The translations under genes and the position numbers were made by a program. Of a DNA stretch of 64,000 nucleotides, positions 26,985 to 40,334 are shown piece by piece. The notes beneath the pieces are model-generated. The model ran no database searches, was not told where the DNA came from, and saw nothing but the letters and a program-made list of their open reading frames with translations. The DNA is from Ginglymostoma cirratum (taxonomy: Eukaryota), in the NCBI GenBank assembly GCA_024137785.1, contig JAHRHZ010000013.1:15606672-15670671 (forward strand). Direction: 5' to 3'. Numbering within the stretch: position 1 is the first letter of the stretch; each line of letters opens with the position of its first letter.

Positions 26985-27700
26985 ATAAGATCATAACAGA
27001 TAGGAGTAATATTGGGCCAATTGAGCCTGGACCACCATTCAATAAGATCAAGGCTGATCTGATGTGGACTCAACTCCACTTTCCTGCCTGTCCCCCTTCA
27101 TGCTGGATTCTATTAGTGATCAAAAACCTGCCTAACTCAACCATGAATATAGTTAAGGATTCAGCCTCCTTGCAAACCAGGGGATGGAGATCCTTGGAAA
27201 GACAAAATTCCTCCTCATCTCCGCCTTGAATAGGAGATTCCTTATTTTTAAACTCACCTCTCGTTCTTCAAAACTCCAGTGAGTACAGGCTCAGTCTTGT
27301 TCAACTATTCTTCATAAGACAAACCCCTCATCCCAGGAATCAGCCTCGTGATTCTTCTCTGAATAGCTTCTAATGCAACAATATCCCTCTTTAACCAAAG
27401 AGAACAAAACTGTACACAGCATTCCAGGTATGATCTAAGCAATGTTCAGTTGCAGTAAGATTTTGCATTTTTTATATTCCATCTCCTTGGAACTTGCAAT
27501 CTGACTTATCTTTGTATCATCAACAAATTTGGCTACAATACATTTAGTAACTTCATCCAAGTCATTAACATACACCATAAATAGTGATCTTCCAGGTAAT
27601 CTTCCCTGTTGCATACCACTTTGCAACCTAAAAATGACCCATTTATCCCAAATCTCTGTTTCCTGTTGGTTCATTAATCCTTTATCCATATTAACATATC
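26985..27700 (-). mobile_element. CR1 3' fragment
   Basis: Reverse tail cataagatcataacagataggag; minus-strand LFMVYVNDLDEVTKCIVAKFVDDTKI. Confidence 0.85.
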
Positions 27701-28419
27701 ATCATGGGATGGACGGGACTATGCCTCACCACCATAGCTGAAAAGTGAGATGGCTTATTAAATAAATAGGGTCATTCTGTCACCACCTCCCTTCCATACA
27801 GTGTCTCTAACATTGCAAAGAGTGGAGAATGTGTCAGGGAGCCTGCCCATCCTGAGGCCTATTAAGATTCGTGTTGTGCCAAGGAATGGCTGTCTTTGCT
27901 GCTACTTTACAGATGGGACAGGAAGGCAGAGGCAATACTAATAGCCTAGCAGCTTCTCTGCCTGGACTGTCGTGACACAGGAAGTGGTGGGAACTTGTTT
28001 CGTGGTGTTCACAAGCCTACCCCCACCCATCGAAGATATACCTCTCCCCTAGGTCATGTTCCTTTACTTGAACCCTCCCAGTGCCCCAGCCTCTCAAAGC
28101 TGACCCCACCTACCCACTGCTCGCACCTCGCTGCTGCCTGGCAGCAGGCCCATCCAAAATTCCAGAGGTCTGGCTTCCCTCAGCCGGCTCCTTGCCGACT
28201 GCTTGTGGTGCCAGCAGTGGCCACCATTCAATGCCAGTGCTATTCAGATTACAGAATGACAGATTAGCCAGCAGCTCTCTGTGGAGAAACTGCTACCCAG
28301 TGGGAGATACACAAGTGTTATTCTAAATCAATGGAGCCTTCTTCCAGCATAACATTACAGCCAGGCGGCCGGTTTCGGGAACATGCCTCTTGGCTGAGCA
28401 GCAGGGCAGGCAATATGAC

Positions 28420-29345
28420 AGTCCATAACATCCACATAATGAGTTGTTATCTGGAGCAGTGAGCTTTTAGATTGCATCTTATCCAGTGCCTTTTGCAACT
28501 CCAAATCCTCAATGTTTACTGACTGCCCTTTCCCCTCCCTGACTGCTACATCCTCAAAGAACTCAAATAAGTTTACCAAACATAATTTCCCTTGGGCCAG
28601 CACTTATTGGAATGTAGCAGAATGAGAGACAACCTTATCAAACCTTCGTGATCTTTGCAGGGTAGATGCCGTAAGATTGTTTCCATTTGTGGGTATGTCC
28701 ATGGCCAGAGGGTATAATCTCAGAGTATGGGGTCACCCAGTTTAGACAGAAATGAGGAGGAAATTCTTCTCTCAGAGAGGAGTGAATCTGTGGAATTCTT
28801 TACCATGTGGGGTGGCATGGTGGCTCACAGCACCAGGGACCCGGGTTCCATTCCACCGTTGGACAACTGTCTTTGGAGTTTGCACATTCTCCCCATGTCT
28901 GTGTGGGTTTCCTCTGGGTGCTCCGGTTTCCTCCCACAGTCCAAAGATGTGCAGGTTACATGGATTAGCCATGGTAAATTGCCCACAGTGTCCAGGGATG
29001 TGCAGGTTAGGTGGATTAGCCATGTGAAATACAGGGTTATGGGGACAGAACAGGGGGAGTGGGTCTGGGTGGGATGCTTTTGGAAGGTCATTGTGGACTT
29101 GATGGGCTGAATGGCATGCTTCCACACTGTAGGGATTCCGTGATGCTATTCTCTGATTCTATGACTGTTGAGGCTGGTCACTCGGTATATTCAAGGCTGA
29201 CATAGACAGATTATAAATCGTTAAGGAAATCAAAGGTTATAGGGAAAAGGCAGGAAAGTGGAGCCAAGGATTATCAGATCAGCCATGATTTCACTGACTG
29301 CTGTAAAGAATGGTCTAATTCTGTTCCTAGGCCTTACGGTCTTAA
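28420..29345. mobile_element. Adjacent CR1 fragments (minus 28420-28600; plus 28620-29345), the latter interrupted by HE1
   Basis: Minus GKLCLVNLFEFFEDV..DLELQKALDK; plus EMRRKFFSQRGVNLWNSLP and CR1 3'UTR. Confidence 0.8.
28809..29163 (+). mobile_element. HE1 (V-SINE) copy nested in CR1
   Basis: ccagggacccgggttccattcc head and V-domain. Confidence 0.9.
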
Positions 29346-29671
29346 AACATGTTTACTCTTCATGACTGCACTATGGCTTTCTAAATATCCTGCTATTATC
29401 TTCTAAACATAGGATTCTTGCATCGAAAGATGTTGCACCAACTAGTCTCAAGTTTTGTCAGCCATCAAGTCCAGTGGACATCTCCATGAGACCCATTCAT
29501 TTCCTCAATCCCCTTTCTCTTGTGATCCTTTTAACTTGTTCCCTCTTTTTTGCCCTCTTGTTGGGATTTATTTTGTCTGCAACTGTAAAGATAGATACGA
29601 AATACAAGTCTTTGTGATTTAATTTGTTTTCCATTCTTAATTCCCAAGTCTCACCCTCTAAGTGCTCAACA

Positions 29672-30570
29672 ATCATAGTAACTTAGGAACAGGAGTAAGC
29701 CATTCAGCCCCTTGAGCCTGTTCTACCATCGGTTGCCTATATCATATCATAACTCCATATATCAGCTCAAAGAAAACCCGAAAGAACTGCGGATGCTGTA
29801 AATCAGGAACCAAAACAGAAGTTGCTGGAAAAGCTCAGCAGGTCTGGCAGCATATGTAAAGAAAAACATCAGAGTTAATGTTTTGGGCACTGAGGAAGGG
29901 TCACCAGACCCGAAACATTAACTCTGATTCTTTTCTTCATTGATGCTGCCAGGCCTGCAGAGCATTTCCAGCAACTTTTGTTTTTGTTCTGTACACCTGC
30001 ATTTAGCCTATATCTCTTTAAGCATTTGCTTAATGAAAATTTCTCTCTCTCAGAGTTTAAATGAACAACGGATCCTGTATCCACTGATGTTTGTGGTAGA
30101 ATTCTAAACCTCTACCATCCTTCGTGTGTGGGATTGCTTCCTAACATCCCTCCTGAAATGGCATGGCCTAATGTCAGACTATGCCCTCTAGTTGTAGAAT
30201 CCCCAGCCAGTGAAAATAGTTTATCTTTATCTACTCTGTCTTTTCCTGTTAATACTTTGAAGACTTTGATCAAATCACCTGTAAATTGTAGAGATAATAG
30301 GCCTAATGTGTATAATCTCTCCTCATAACTTAACCCTTGAAGTCCAGGTATCAATCTTGTAAACCTACTTTGTACACCATCCAAGGCCAATACATCCTTC
30401 CTAAGGTGTGGTACCCAGATCTGCTCACATTACTCCACGTTGGGCCTAACCAGGGTTTTGTTATAACTGCAGCATAACCTCCGCAGCCTTGGACTCCAGT
30501 TCTCTAGATATAAAGGGCAGAATTCCAATGCCTTTCTTGACTATTTTCTACACATGCTTGTGATATTTTA
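29672..30570 (-). mobile_element. CR1 3' fragment interrupted by a palindromic Penelope-derived element
   Basis: Minus ALDGVQSRFTRLIPGLQGLSYEERL..GDLIKVFK..TRGHSL. Confidence 0.85.
29770..29990. mobile_element. Palindromic Penelope-derived mini-element with a minimal hammerhead core (plus strand)
   Basis: Inverted arms ~29811-29887 and 29909-29988. CTGAGGA(29890-29896)-A-GGGTC-acca-GACCC-GAAA-C-ATT-AACT. Confidence 0.8.
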
Positions 30571-30929
30571 ATCAACAAAAGAACAGCAGTCGCACCCCAC
30601 ATATAGTTCTGTCACTGGGACTGATCCACCACAGTTAAAATTCTACTCACTTTGATCGGGGTACTTTGGATAGATTGTACATCATAAACACTGCTCAATT
30701 CTTATTTCCATTGTTGCCAACAGCAAGAAAGTCAAAGGAAGGTACAATGAATGGTAGATTTTTTACCACCAAATGAGAAATAGAACCACAGTGGTTGTAT
30801 CAATTGAATGTCGTGGAAAGTGGTTGATCCTGCTTCTCGCATTAATGTACGATCAATGTTATCTTGTATTTGTGAGCCAAAGTGTGAATGTGCAGATGTT
30901 GCTTTCAATTTGCATGAGCTGGGTCACAA

Positions 30930-31170
30930 TCAGGAGAGAAAGTGAGTTAACATTTCAGGTCTACGACCTTCCAACAGAACTTAGAAAAGTTAAAAATGGA
31001 ATAGATTTTCAGTAAGTGAAAGGGGAGGCAGGGAAGAGAAACAAAATGTAGGTCTGTGATAGGGTAGAGTGCAGGATAGATTAAATGACAAATGGGTCAT
31101 GGTGCTAGGCCAAATGGAGTAGTAACAGGATAAGGAAAAATGCATAAAGTAAGTTTAGAGGAGGTTTAAG
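30930..31170 (-). mobile_element. Penelope-like terminal fragment with mutated hammerhead
   Basis: Minus strand AGTT-CTGTTGG-A-AGGTC-gta-GACCT-GAAA-T-GTT-AACT at 30945-30981. Confidence 0.65.
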
Positions 31171-33529
31171 TTGCAAACTCCTCAATAGCCACTACTGAGG
31201 AAGAGCCATAATGGTTATTTGAAAGAGCTAGTGCAGACTTGATGGGCTGAATGGCCTCCTTCTCCATTGTAACACTTACATCACCCTATCAATTTTTATC
31301 CAGGGACCAGCAGGAGTACTTCAACCACTCCTCCTCACGCTTTTCGCTCTCATTTGTCTGCACTAATGATGTTTACTGAAAGAAACCTCCGGGCCGATTA
31401 GTGATTAATTAAAATAAATAAATAAATGGCCACATCACAGAAGCAATCAATGTCCATGTCAAAGTTTTAACCTAGCTTTTAAATTACATTAATGCAGTCT
31501 TTGAAGCCATCCTTTTGGGGACAAACTGATGTTCAACTTGCCACCAGTATGTCTGTTTCTAGGTTATTATTTTGCAAGACTATACTCTCTTCTTAAACAT
31601 GACCTGAAAAATAATCTGTTGTCACATCATCAGACTCTTACGTAAAACTCAAGAGCAGCTGGCACCTGTCATAATTCGAAATTTTCAGTGGAGACTTGAG
31701 ATGCACAGCCTTCCACCTTGAGGGGGAAGAAAATTTGAGCTTCCTCCCAGTTGATCAGGGAGGGGCACTATGAGCTGTCTTAGAAAGGTGTATATGCTTT
31801 CACCAAGGTAATGCAGCATAAATGGATAACTATGTGGGGGAAAAAATGGAATCAGCAATGTGAAAAAGGGGATGGGGGTATGGTTCTTTGGTGTAGCTCT
31901 CTCATAACTGACATCTATCAAATTGTAGAAATCGATGTTGGGTGAACACGTGAGAGTGAATGTGCAACCGCCTTTACATATGACTAGGCAGAGTTGGAAT
32001 ACTGTAAAAAAGTTCCAGGTTTATCTCTGTGAATGTCTCAGCTGCTTGCCAATCCAATACCTCAACACCTGGAACACACATTTTCAGTCTTAGAACTGTA
32101 TGTTCTGGGAGAGTGAGGAGAGGAAAGAAGGTCACATTGGAAGATGATTACACACTAACAGAAAACAGATGTATGTAGATCTTTCCAGACTGTGAAAAAC
32201 ACTGCTGTTTTTTAAAATGGAGGAGCGACTGCAACAAAGTCAGAGAATTTTACTGAAGATCATACACTCTGCACTCAGGGAAAAAAAAGAACCACTGTTA
32301 GCTCTACTGCTCATATTCTACTGTCTTTATAAACAGGAATGAAAGCTATTATTCAAAATAACTTCAATCTCACTGGTTTATGGAGCTAGAACTGAATAAG
32401 TATAATTACAATTTCTTCACCGAATACTGGATGGAAGTCAAATGATCACTCATCAAAACAGCTCAGTTTCTTTATTGAGAGTTAGCAATCTCTCGTGTGG
32501 ATGTGTTGATCCAATTTCCACATCAACACACACACCACACTTTAAGAATAAACAAATGCTCAGTCATAGGAGTTCATTTGATATTGGTGAATGATTTGTA
32601 AAATCTGACAGGTGAACACCTCTGTTCAGCCACCTGCTACAACACAGAGGATAATTGTGTGTGACTGGAGAGGCTGGATGTCTCTAACCCTCTCCTAATC
32701 TGAATAAAATAGTTTCTGGTCACTTCATATCACTGCTGTATCACAGAGTGAATGACGAACATGAACGTCAACATTTAATGTTGGTTTGCTCGTTGCCAGA
32801 CAAAAGCAGCAGCGGAAGAAACCGTCTGGTGAGAATGCTGCAAAGTATGCTGTGTTCAGGGAAATGCTGCAGCTTCCCTTTCCAGACAAAGAAACCTTTA
32901 ACAGAGATCAAATAAAGATCAAAACCATGTGTTTCGTAATGAGGCAGCTCAAGTCAAAGCCGTTCTTTTTCCACTTTCTCTGTGATAATGCAAAATGAGA
33001 CTCAGCCACGCATAGTTTCTTGCATACCTAATATTGATATTCCAATGAAGCTGTTATGTGCAGCTCAACTGTGAGAGACTTTAAGAGGTACCCTTGATAT
33101 AAAAAGCCATCTTGTTGTTCATGTACTGTTGTACCAACAAGGATGCACAAATGCACCTCAGGGTGATTCAACTGAGGAAACCTAAATTTGAAAATTTGCG
33201 ATGAGTGTACATGGTTGTAGATAAAATGAGAATAGATTTCTTTGTGTTTTTTTTGTATAAAGCCAAATATTTCGTCTGTACAATGCTTCTTTCTGATTTA
33301 TGAAAGTTCTGCATTATGTGGTATGGACCAAATATAGTGCCGTGCATTTGAAAGCCAGGTGCTATGTCTAGTAACAGAACTTGCAAAAACCTAATTTACA
33401 ATGCAGCTGGAAGCATTATTTATAGAGACAACTTGGATGAATCTCAATGGGACAAAAACATTCTTTGTTCATATTTTTCTATTATGTCGTTCAAGTTTTT
33501 CTTTTCTTCCGCAAAATCGGCTTCCATTT

Positions 33530-33885
33530 ACATTGTAGCTTTACACATCCCTCAGAAATGTGTCAATATATGCCTGCAATCAGCTAATTCCGGTAATGTT
33601 GATATCTATTATATTGTTAGTGCAACAGTCACAGCACAGACAAGATCCCATAAAGAGCAAGGTCTGCTAATCAATTGTGTCTGTGTTGGCTCAAAAAGGA
33701 ATGCTGACCTGTTTTTCTTCAAGTACTGCTGTGAAATCTTAAATCCTCAATTTAACAGCTCACCTTCAACAACAAAGCGTTCCCTCAGGATTGCACTGAA
33801 GTATAACAGCCTGGATTATGCTCAGGAATAGGGTTTGAACCACAAAACTTCTGGCTCTGAGAAGACAATGCTGTTATCTAAGACA
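33530..33885 (-). mobile_element. Deu-domain SINE (SacSINE1-like), degenerate
   Basis: cacagacaagatcccataaagagcaa, tccctcaggattgcactgaag, ggtttgaaccacaaaacttctggctc are reverse matches to the 19480 family. Confidence 0.6.
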
Positions 33886-35584
33886 AACTGGAACTTGAAT
33901 CAAACCAAACAAAAATCAACACAACAGTAAAGATGTAACGTGTTTAATTTTTAAATATTCATAAAATCTAACCACTGCTACAGGGATAATTTTTAAAGCG
34001 TATGTCTCGCGTTAGAGCCTCAGTTGTTGGCAAGTGTATATTGTGAACTTGTGTATGTACAACCTTCAACTCTCTGTCAGTTAAAATGGATGAAGTAAAA
34101 TCATGGACAGGGCACGTTTGCATGCATTCCACCAGGATAGCAAACCTGTAAAACGATCCAAAAATGTACCGTGCACATTATGTTTTTGCCTGGAGAAGTT
34201 TGGTTTTAAATGTACATTTATGTCGGTGAAGTATCACACAGTTGAGAGAGAAAAAAAAATATTGCTGCCTTCCATTACCTGGTGGAATAACATAACAGGC
34301 CTGTTTTGAGTTATGTCATAGTAAAAGTTAAAAAGATAATATTGCTCAGCAAGTATGATTGTTGCTATATTTACTGCCATCAGTGGCACAGGGTCTCACA
34401 AAATTCACTCTTCTATTTCAGATTTAAACAATAATGACACAATAAAATCTAATCAATGCAAGATCTGGAAGTCAGTGTTCTTTTTAAATCGTCAAGCAAT
34501 TGTACACAACCAGGACTTTCCATGAGTCAGTCAGTCTGATTTACAAATTCCGCCTCAAAGGCACACCACAAATCTTATGACCAAGAAACTCAACAGCATT
34601 TTATTTCCTTTTGTAGCATTTGAAAAACCTCACTTCACACCAATTTTAAGGATTCTGTGCAAAAATTGAACCAGTGACAAAACACAGCATCCATCAACCA
34701 TGATCTGCCCCTCTCCATAATGAGGTGTTCAAAGAGATTAATAAAACACAAGCTCTTTGTGGTGTTGCTCACGGGTGGTCCACTGCAGTGTGGTTCCAGA
34801 TGTCTATCACAGTCCAGCTGCAGCATATATGCACCAGCCATTCACCCGTTGCTGTAATACAGCCAATTTATTGAAGCAATAGATCACCTAACTGCTAAAA
34901 CATCGCTGACTTAAACTTCGCTCGGAGACAGGACTTGAGCCCATTATTTTCTTGCGCAGATCCTATTCCAAAATGCATACCTGTTATCCAGCAACAGCAA
35001 TGATGTTTGTACCTGAGCAACATGGAGGCCTAAATTGGGTCTGGGCTGAAGGCAAGAGAAACTTTTTGTCAACCTGCAGGGCATCTCTTTGAATGGTAAT
35101 CAACCACACTGGGAACAATTAACATTTTCCTCCAAAATTCTGGAACTTTCAACGGTCCATATCAGAACTGGCTTAATTTCTTGGCACAAGTTGGGCAAAT
35201 TTCCAAAATTAATGTCTTTACTCTGTCTTTTGCGTAATACAGTATATTTGCAATTATCACTAATACAACTTTGAAACAAAAATAATCCCTGCGTGTGATT
35301 ATTTAATGCCTCTAATGTCACCCCTCATGCCCCTCGTCCTGAACTCAACCTTCCCAAGCTCAAAATTATGACAACTGAACTGACTTCCAAACTGAATTAC
35401 AGCCCACCCTGCAGAGCAATAATGCCGGTGTTTCTTTACCACACTCTTTCTCCCTCCTGCTGACATTTACCACACATTTCTAGCCTCATACCTGACTGAT
35501 TTGGAAAGGGATTGCCTCTTTCGTAATAAGATCACAGATCTTAGGAGCAAAACCAGACTGCAGTAAGACATCTTTTTTTTTAAA

Positions 35585-35665
35585 TCAACCTGTTGAGGCA
35601 GGTAGGACTTAAACCCAGACCTTCTGGCCCAGAACTGAGACACCACTAACTGTAAGAGTCCCCAG
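35585..35665 (-). mobile_element. tRNA-derived SINE head
   Basis: Minus strand gggactcttacagttagtggtgtctc...gaaggtctgggtttaagtcctacctgc with A/B-box-like motifs. Confidence 0.5.
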
Positions 35666-35944
35666 TAGTAAGACAAACTATTTGCTTAGACATACTGTTC
35701 ACGTCTCTTTATGAAACTTAAGTGCATAACCTTTTTAGTTCAAAACCTCTGATTCCCATTATTTAGAACAAAAGCTTTCATTACAGCACCTTCAGATTAA
35801 GGCAACATCCATGGGGCACTTCGTACAGGAGAACAAAGCAAGTTTCATAAAGATTAGTTTAAAAAAGTTTTCAAAGGGAGAAGGGAGAGACTGTCTTTAG
35901 CAGTCATGGCACAGATTACACAAGAGCAGGGAGGTTATGTTATT

Positions 35945-36195
35945 TTAGAGGGGATGTGAGAAAACAGCCAGAGGGTTGTGGGAATCTGGAATACAGTGCC
36001 TGGAAGAGAAGTTGAAGTGGGAAACCTCACAACCTTTAAAAAGTATTTGGATGAGCACTTGAAATGTCATAACATTCAAGACTATGGGCCAAGTGCTGGA
36101 AAGTGGGACTGATGTAGATTTAGAATATTTTCTTCGACAGAGCAACCGAGACGGACTGAAGGGTCTCTCGTACAGTCTGAGTTTATGATTTATGC
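35945..36195 (+). mobile_element. CR1 3' end
   Basis: gagggttgtgggaatctggaatacagtgcctggaag..tttaaaaagtatttggatgagcacttgaa. Confidence 0.8.
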
Positions 36196-36899
36196 AGGGA
36201 CTTATAAAGACTGTCATATGGACACCTGAAAACTAAGTTACCAAGTGAAAGGTCATTGAGAATAGATGGTCGGAAGCTCAAGGTTGGACAAACATAGTGA
36301 ATGAATGTTTGATAAGGCTGACTTTATTGACTATTAATACTGGGCTTTCACAGCAGCTAAGTGCAAATGGCACAAACAACATTACACCAGCATCATATAC
36401 ATATCAAGTTGTCCACAGTGATTAGAATTCCCTGGGTAAAAGTGACATCTCCATTGTAAACCGGCTCCAAGTAGAATGGGACGCCTAAAAGGCTGGACGA
36501 AGGAGGAGGAGTGGTGAGTAGGAGGAGGGGCAAGAGGGGAGTCTTCGGAGGCACTAACTAACCCCACGTAGGGATTATTTTGTTTCAACATTTTATTGGT
36601 GATGATCGTACTTACAATTTATAGTTTTATAGAAAAGACAAGGTGGAAATATTATTGGAACCATTTAATTGGCTAATTACAAAGTGCCAGATTTGATTTT
36701 CTACCAGTTACTCATTCCTTATTGGTACTTTTTGATACATGTAATTTCTGCCAACCAGTCAACCACGAGGCTCTTAAATTGTGACATCTTGAGGCCACTT
36801 TTGTATTTACAATACTTTGCAAAGGTGAGATGCGATGTGTATGCTCAAGGTTTTAAATTCACAGATTGGGAATATTATTACAAGAAATGGAAAAGACTG

Positions 36900-37190
36900 G
36901 AAATATGTTGAAATACTTTGAAAATTGTGCACTTTCTAATTCTTTAATAGTTTGTTATTTATGTTATCAATTAAGACCACTTGCTGTGGATACACTGCAT
37001 CCCTCACCTCCCCTTTCTCTCTGCGATAAATCTGATGAAAACCAAATATAACTTGCTTAATAGACAGAAATTCCGATATATCTATGCTTTGCTCTGCAGG
37101 ACAATTTACCATGTGGAACAACCTGTAATTCAATTTGAGGAATGGCCCACTGGCTATTTTATGGAACATTATACATGATAGGCTGTTGTG
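36900..37190 (+). mobile_element. hAT transposase C-terminal (dimerisation domain) relic
   Basis: FNSLLFMLSIKTTCCG then FLSAINLMKTKYNLL, across a frameshift/insertion, resemble the hAT motif LVLPISTAxCERxFSAMNLIKTKxRNRL. Confidence 0.5.
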
Positions 37191-39259
37191 CATTCAACTG
37201 CTGCAAACTAATATCTCTAACATTGAAAACTATTTCCATGACTGCTGGCAAGAGCACCGTTAAACAGATGGCCTGACAAGTTTGTGACACAGAGAAGGTT
37301 GGAAATCTATATGAGGAAGATCAATTTTGTTGCTTTGACAGAATTTGCAAAACCGTTGGACAGAATAAAAGGAAAGATTTTGAAGTTAATCTTCAGCTGA
37401 AAGCTGCATTTATTAAACTGCTGTGACTTTGACCACATGAGACTGCCTAAACTACAGTAATTTACAGAAGAAATCTGAGGCAAGGTGTTTGTGGTCCTCC
37501 ATCTCCAACTGTTTTCAAAAACAATTCTGATACAAGTCGGAGAATGTTGCCCCTGGTTAGGTGAAATTGCAGCTGAAAGGAACCAAAGTTTTAAATAAAT
37601 TTTTGGCACATTATAAACTAAAAAAGGGAATCAGGCATGGTTGTGCTGACACCGGCTCAGATTATTCGATTCTGCCGCAGTTTCGTTTTAAGTATTACCC
37701 GCTAAATTCTCCCCCCTTTCCTCTGAAGCATTTCATGAGATCCTTCTATAATTGAAGACTCAGGTCACATCGAAAAGCTAGCACTTTGGAGCCAATTTTC
37801 ACAAGGTTGTTTTAAACTCTCATTTTTATCACAAATTGGGCTTGCAATCTTATTGCACTGGCTTGTTATTTTCAAAGTGCCAGAGGTTTCCTAACATTTT
37901 TCTGTCAGAGATAAGAATGTCACAAATTCCTTTTTCAACTCCACTGTGGCCTCCTAAACATATTTTGTAGCCAATCCCACACAACAGCTTCAACTTGTCA
38001 CAGAGGAATGCTCCAGGCAGAGATATTTGTTGTTTCAAAAGTCACTGACCCATGCTGTGTTAACTCGATTTGTTAGTATATGATTTTCTCTTGTCAAGAG
38101 GGTGAGCTTGGAATTGCAGGTTAAAATCTTGAATATTTGGTCATTGTTCCTTGCTAGTTAGTTGGAGGGTGCAGGGCAATGCATGCTGGGAAAAAACACT
38201 GGAGATCTGATTTGGAGTTAAATTATTTTTAAGAAGGCTACCCGCGTAGAAGACTGTGACCTGGAACTAAAACCATGCGGGTCAAAGGAGCACATTTCAT
38301 TTCTGGTTTGTATTTAATTTGTTAATCCCAACTGAGTTGGATACAAGATGTTACACATTGCAGTTGTAATCCTGAACTCTGAGGGGTGAAGAATCTACCT
38401 GCTGATATTACCAAAAAGTACACACAGTTGGAAACTGAGTGACAATATTTCGTTCAGGCATCAAGTGAGCATGGGTCAGCAAAGTAGCCTCTTTCGAACG
38501 GGTAATTAAGGCTCACTAATATTTTCTTGGTGAGTTACGGGGGCATTACTGGTCGGTCTCTGAGACAGATGTGTATCGCACGGCGAGATTGTAAGTAAGA
38601 TTAGTCAGATGGTAGAAAAGGTTGATGCTTGTCTAGAAAGATATTGAGGAGCTCAGAGTAGCAATCCTACGTGACTGGGTGTAAAAAACCTTTGAAAAGA
38701 TTACATTTTCCTTTTTGAAGCAGCTTCTCGCAGGCAATTTATGAATTATCCAGTTTGGCCACTCACCACCTTGAGAAATGAGATCAACATGTGCTGTTGA
38801 TGCTTGTCCTTTGCCTCTTAAAGGTAACAATAGGCAGGCAACATGCACATCAAAACAGTCTCCTGGCTAACTGGGCAATGAGTGACCGTATAAGTGATCA
38901 TATGAAGAGCCTGCATGTTGATTCTTGTGGGTAAATGGGTCCCACAAGGGTTTCATCGTATGGCAGGGTGACACTGACTGAATATATATAGTTCCAAATG
39001 TGTTGCATCTAATTGCTGAGGTGTACCACAAACAGAAAGGTGAGCGTGCTGCTATTGAGGGATCATGCTCCATCATCAGGTGAGTGCAAACTATTCTGGC
39101 AGTAGCCTGATACACTTACTTCAGCTGAGAAACAAGTGGTTAACAATTGAAAGGCTCCTCTATCAAATGGGGTCAAGAAAATCTTGCTGTAGTAATCTAG
39201 CAGTAAGACAGATTATCAACACTCTTGATCTAGACTTTAAGCAAAGAATATAATTCAAA

Positions 39260-39537
39260 GGGCAGCATAGTGGCTCAGTGGTTAGCACTGCTGCCTCACA
39301 GTGCCAGGGAAGCAGGTTCGATTCCAGCCTCGGGTGTCTGTCTGTGTGGAGTTTGCATGTTCTCCCCACGTCTGTGTGGGTTTCCTTCCACAGTCCAAAG
39401 ATGTGCAGGTTAGGTGGCTTGGCTATGCTAAATTGCCCATAGTGTTCAGGGAGGTGTGGGTCTGGGTGGGATGCTCTGAGGTTCAGTGTGGACTTGTTGG
39501 GCTGAAGGGCCTGTTTCCACACTGTAGGGATTCTATG
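39260..39537 (+). mobile_element. HE1 (V-SINE) copy with a 9-bp TSD
   Basis: Head gggcagcatagtggctcagtggttagcactgctgcctcacag; aattcaaag at 39252-39260 and 39538-39546. Confidence 0.92.
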
Positions 39538-40334
39538 AATTCAAAGCAAAGAGAAGCCCCAGCAGCTATTGAACTGTACCTGCTAGAGAATTTTTAAGAA
39601 AGGTCTAATACATTTGTGAGGTGAACATCTCAGCCCCGATAGCTCAAAGGAGAAAGGAGAAAACCTTATTGAGCTCAAAATTATTATTGGTTTAGTTAGG
39701 ATTCAGCTAACTGTTAAGACCTTGTCCACCTTTGGCCTGTTCTACCTGTAATGGGATGGTGAAAAGGTCTGCCACTCACAGAAAAGGGCATCTGTTGAAA
39801 CTTGTACTGTGCATTTGTAGATTTTTGCATCTTTTAGTTTTATTGACAAGAAACTCAAGGACTGAATGTTTGGTGATTTTTCAAGATATGGTCCCTCTGA
39901 GAGCCAGGTAATGGAATGGTCCATGTAGGTAAAAGTTGACACCAGTCTACGTATCCTGAGCAATGCATCATCCTCTGGAACACAAGCCTGACAACTGCAA
40001 TTTATGCAGCGACACCTCTAATTGAAAAATGGGCCAAATGTTTCTCTGTCACCAGCTGGTAACATCTCTTTAAATATGACAGACATACAACCATGGGCAG
40101 TTTTCACAAATCATGAGTAACATTTAACTGAGATGTAGAGTTTCACTAAAATGTGAGTGAATTGTCAGCTTTTACTGACCACACCTGGCCTTTATTGTAT
40201 TGAATTGATTTATGCATTTTACTAGCCAGAAATTTGCAATGTGTTTATTTGATATTGATACTCCAAATATTATATCATTGCCAGATTGAACAACACATGA
40301 AAAAGTCTGTGAGCTGAATCTTACATTTTTTTTT

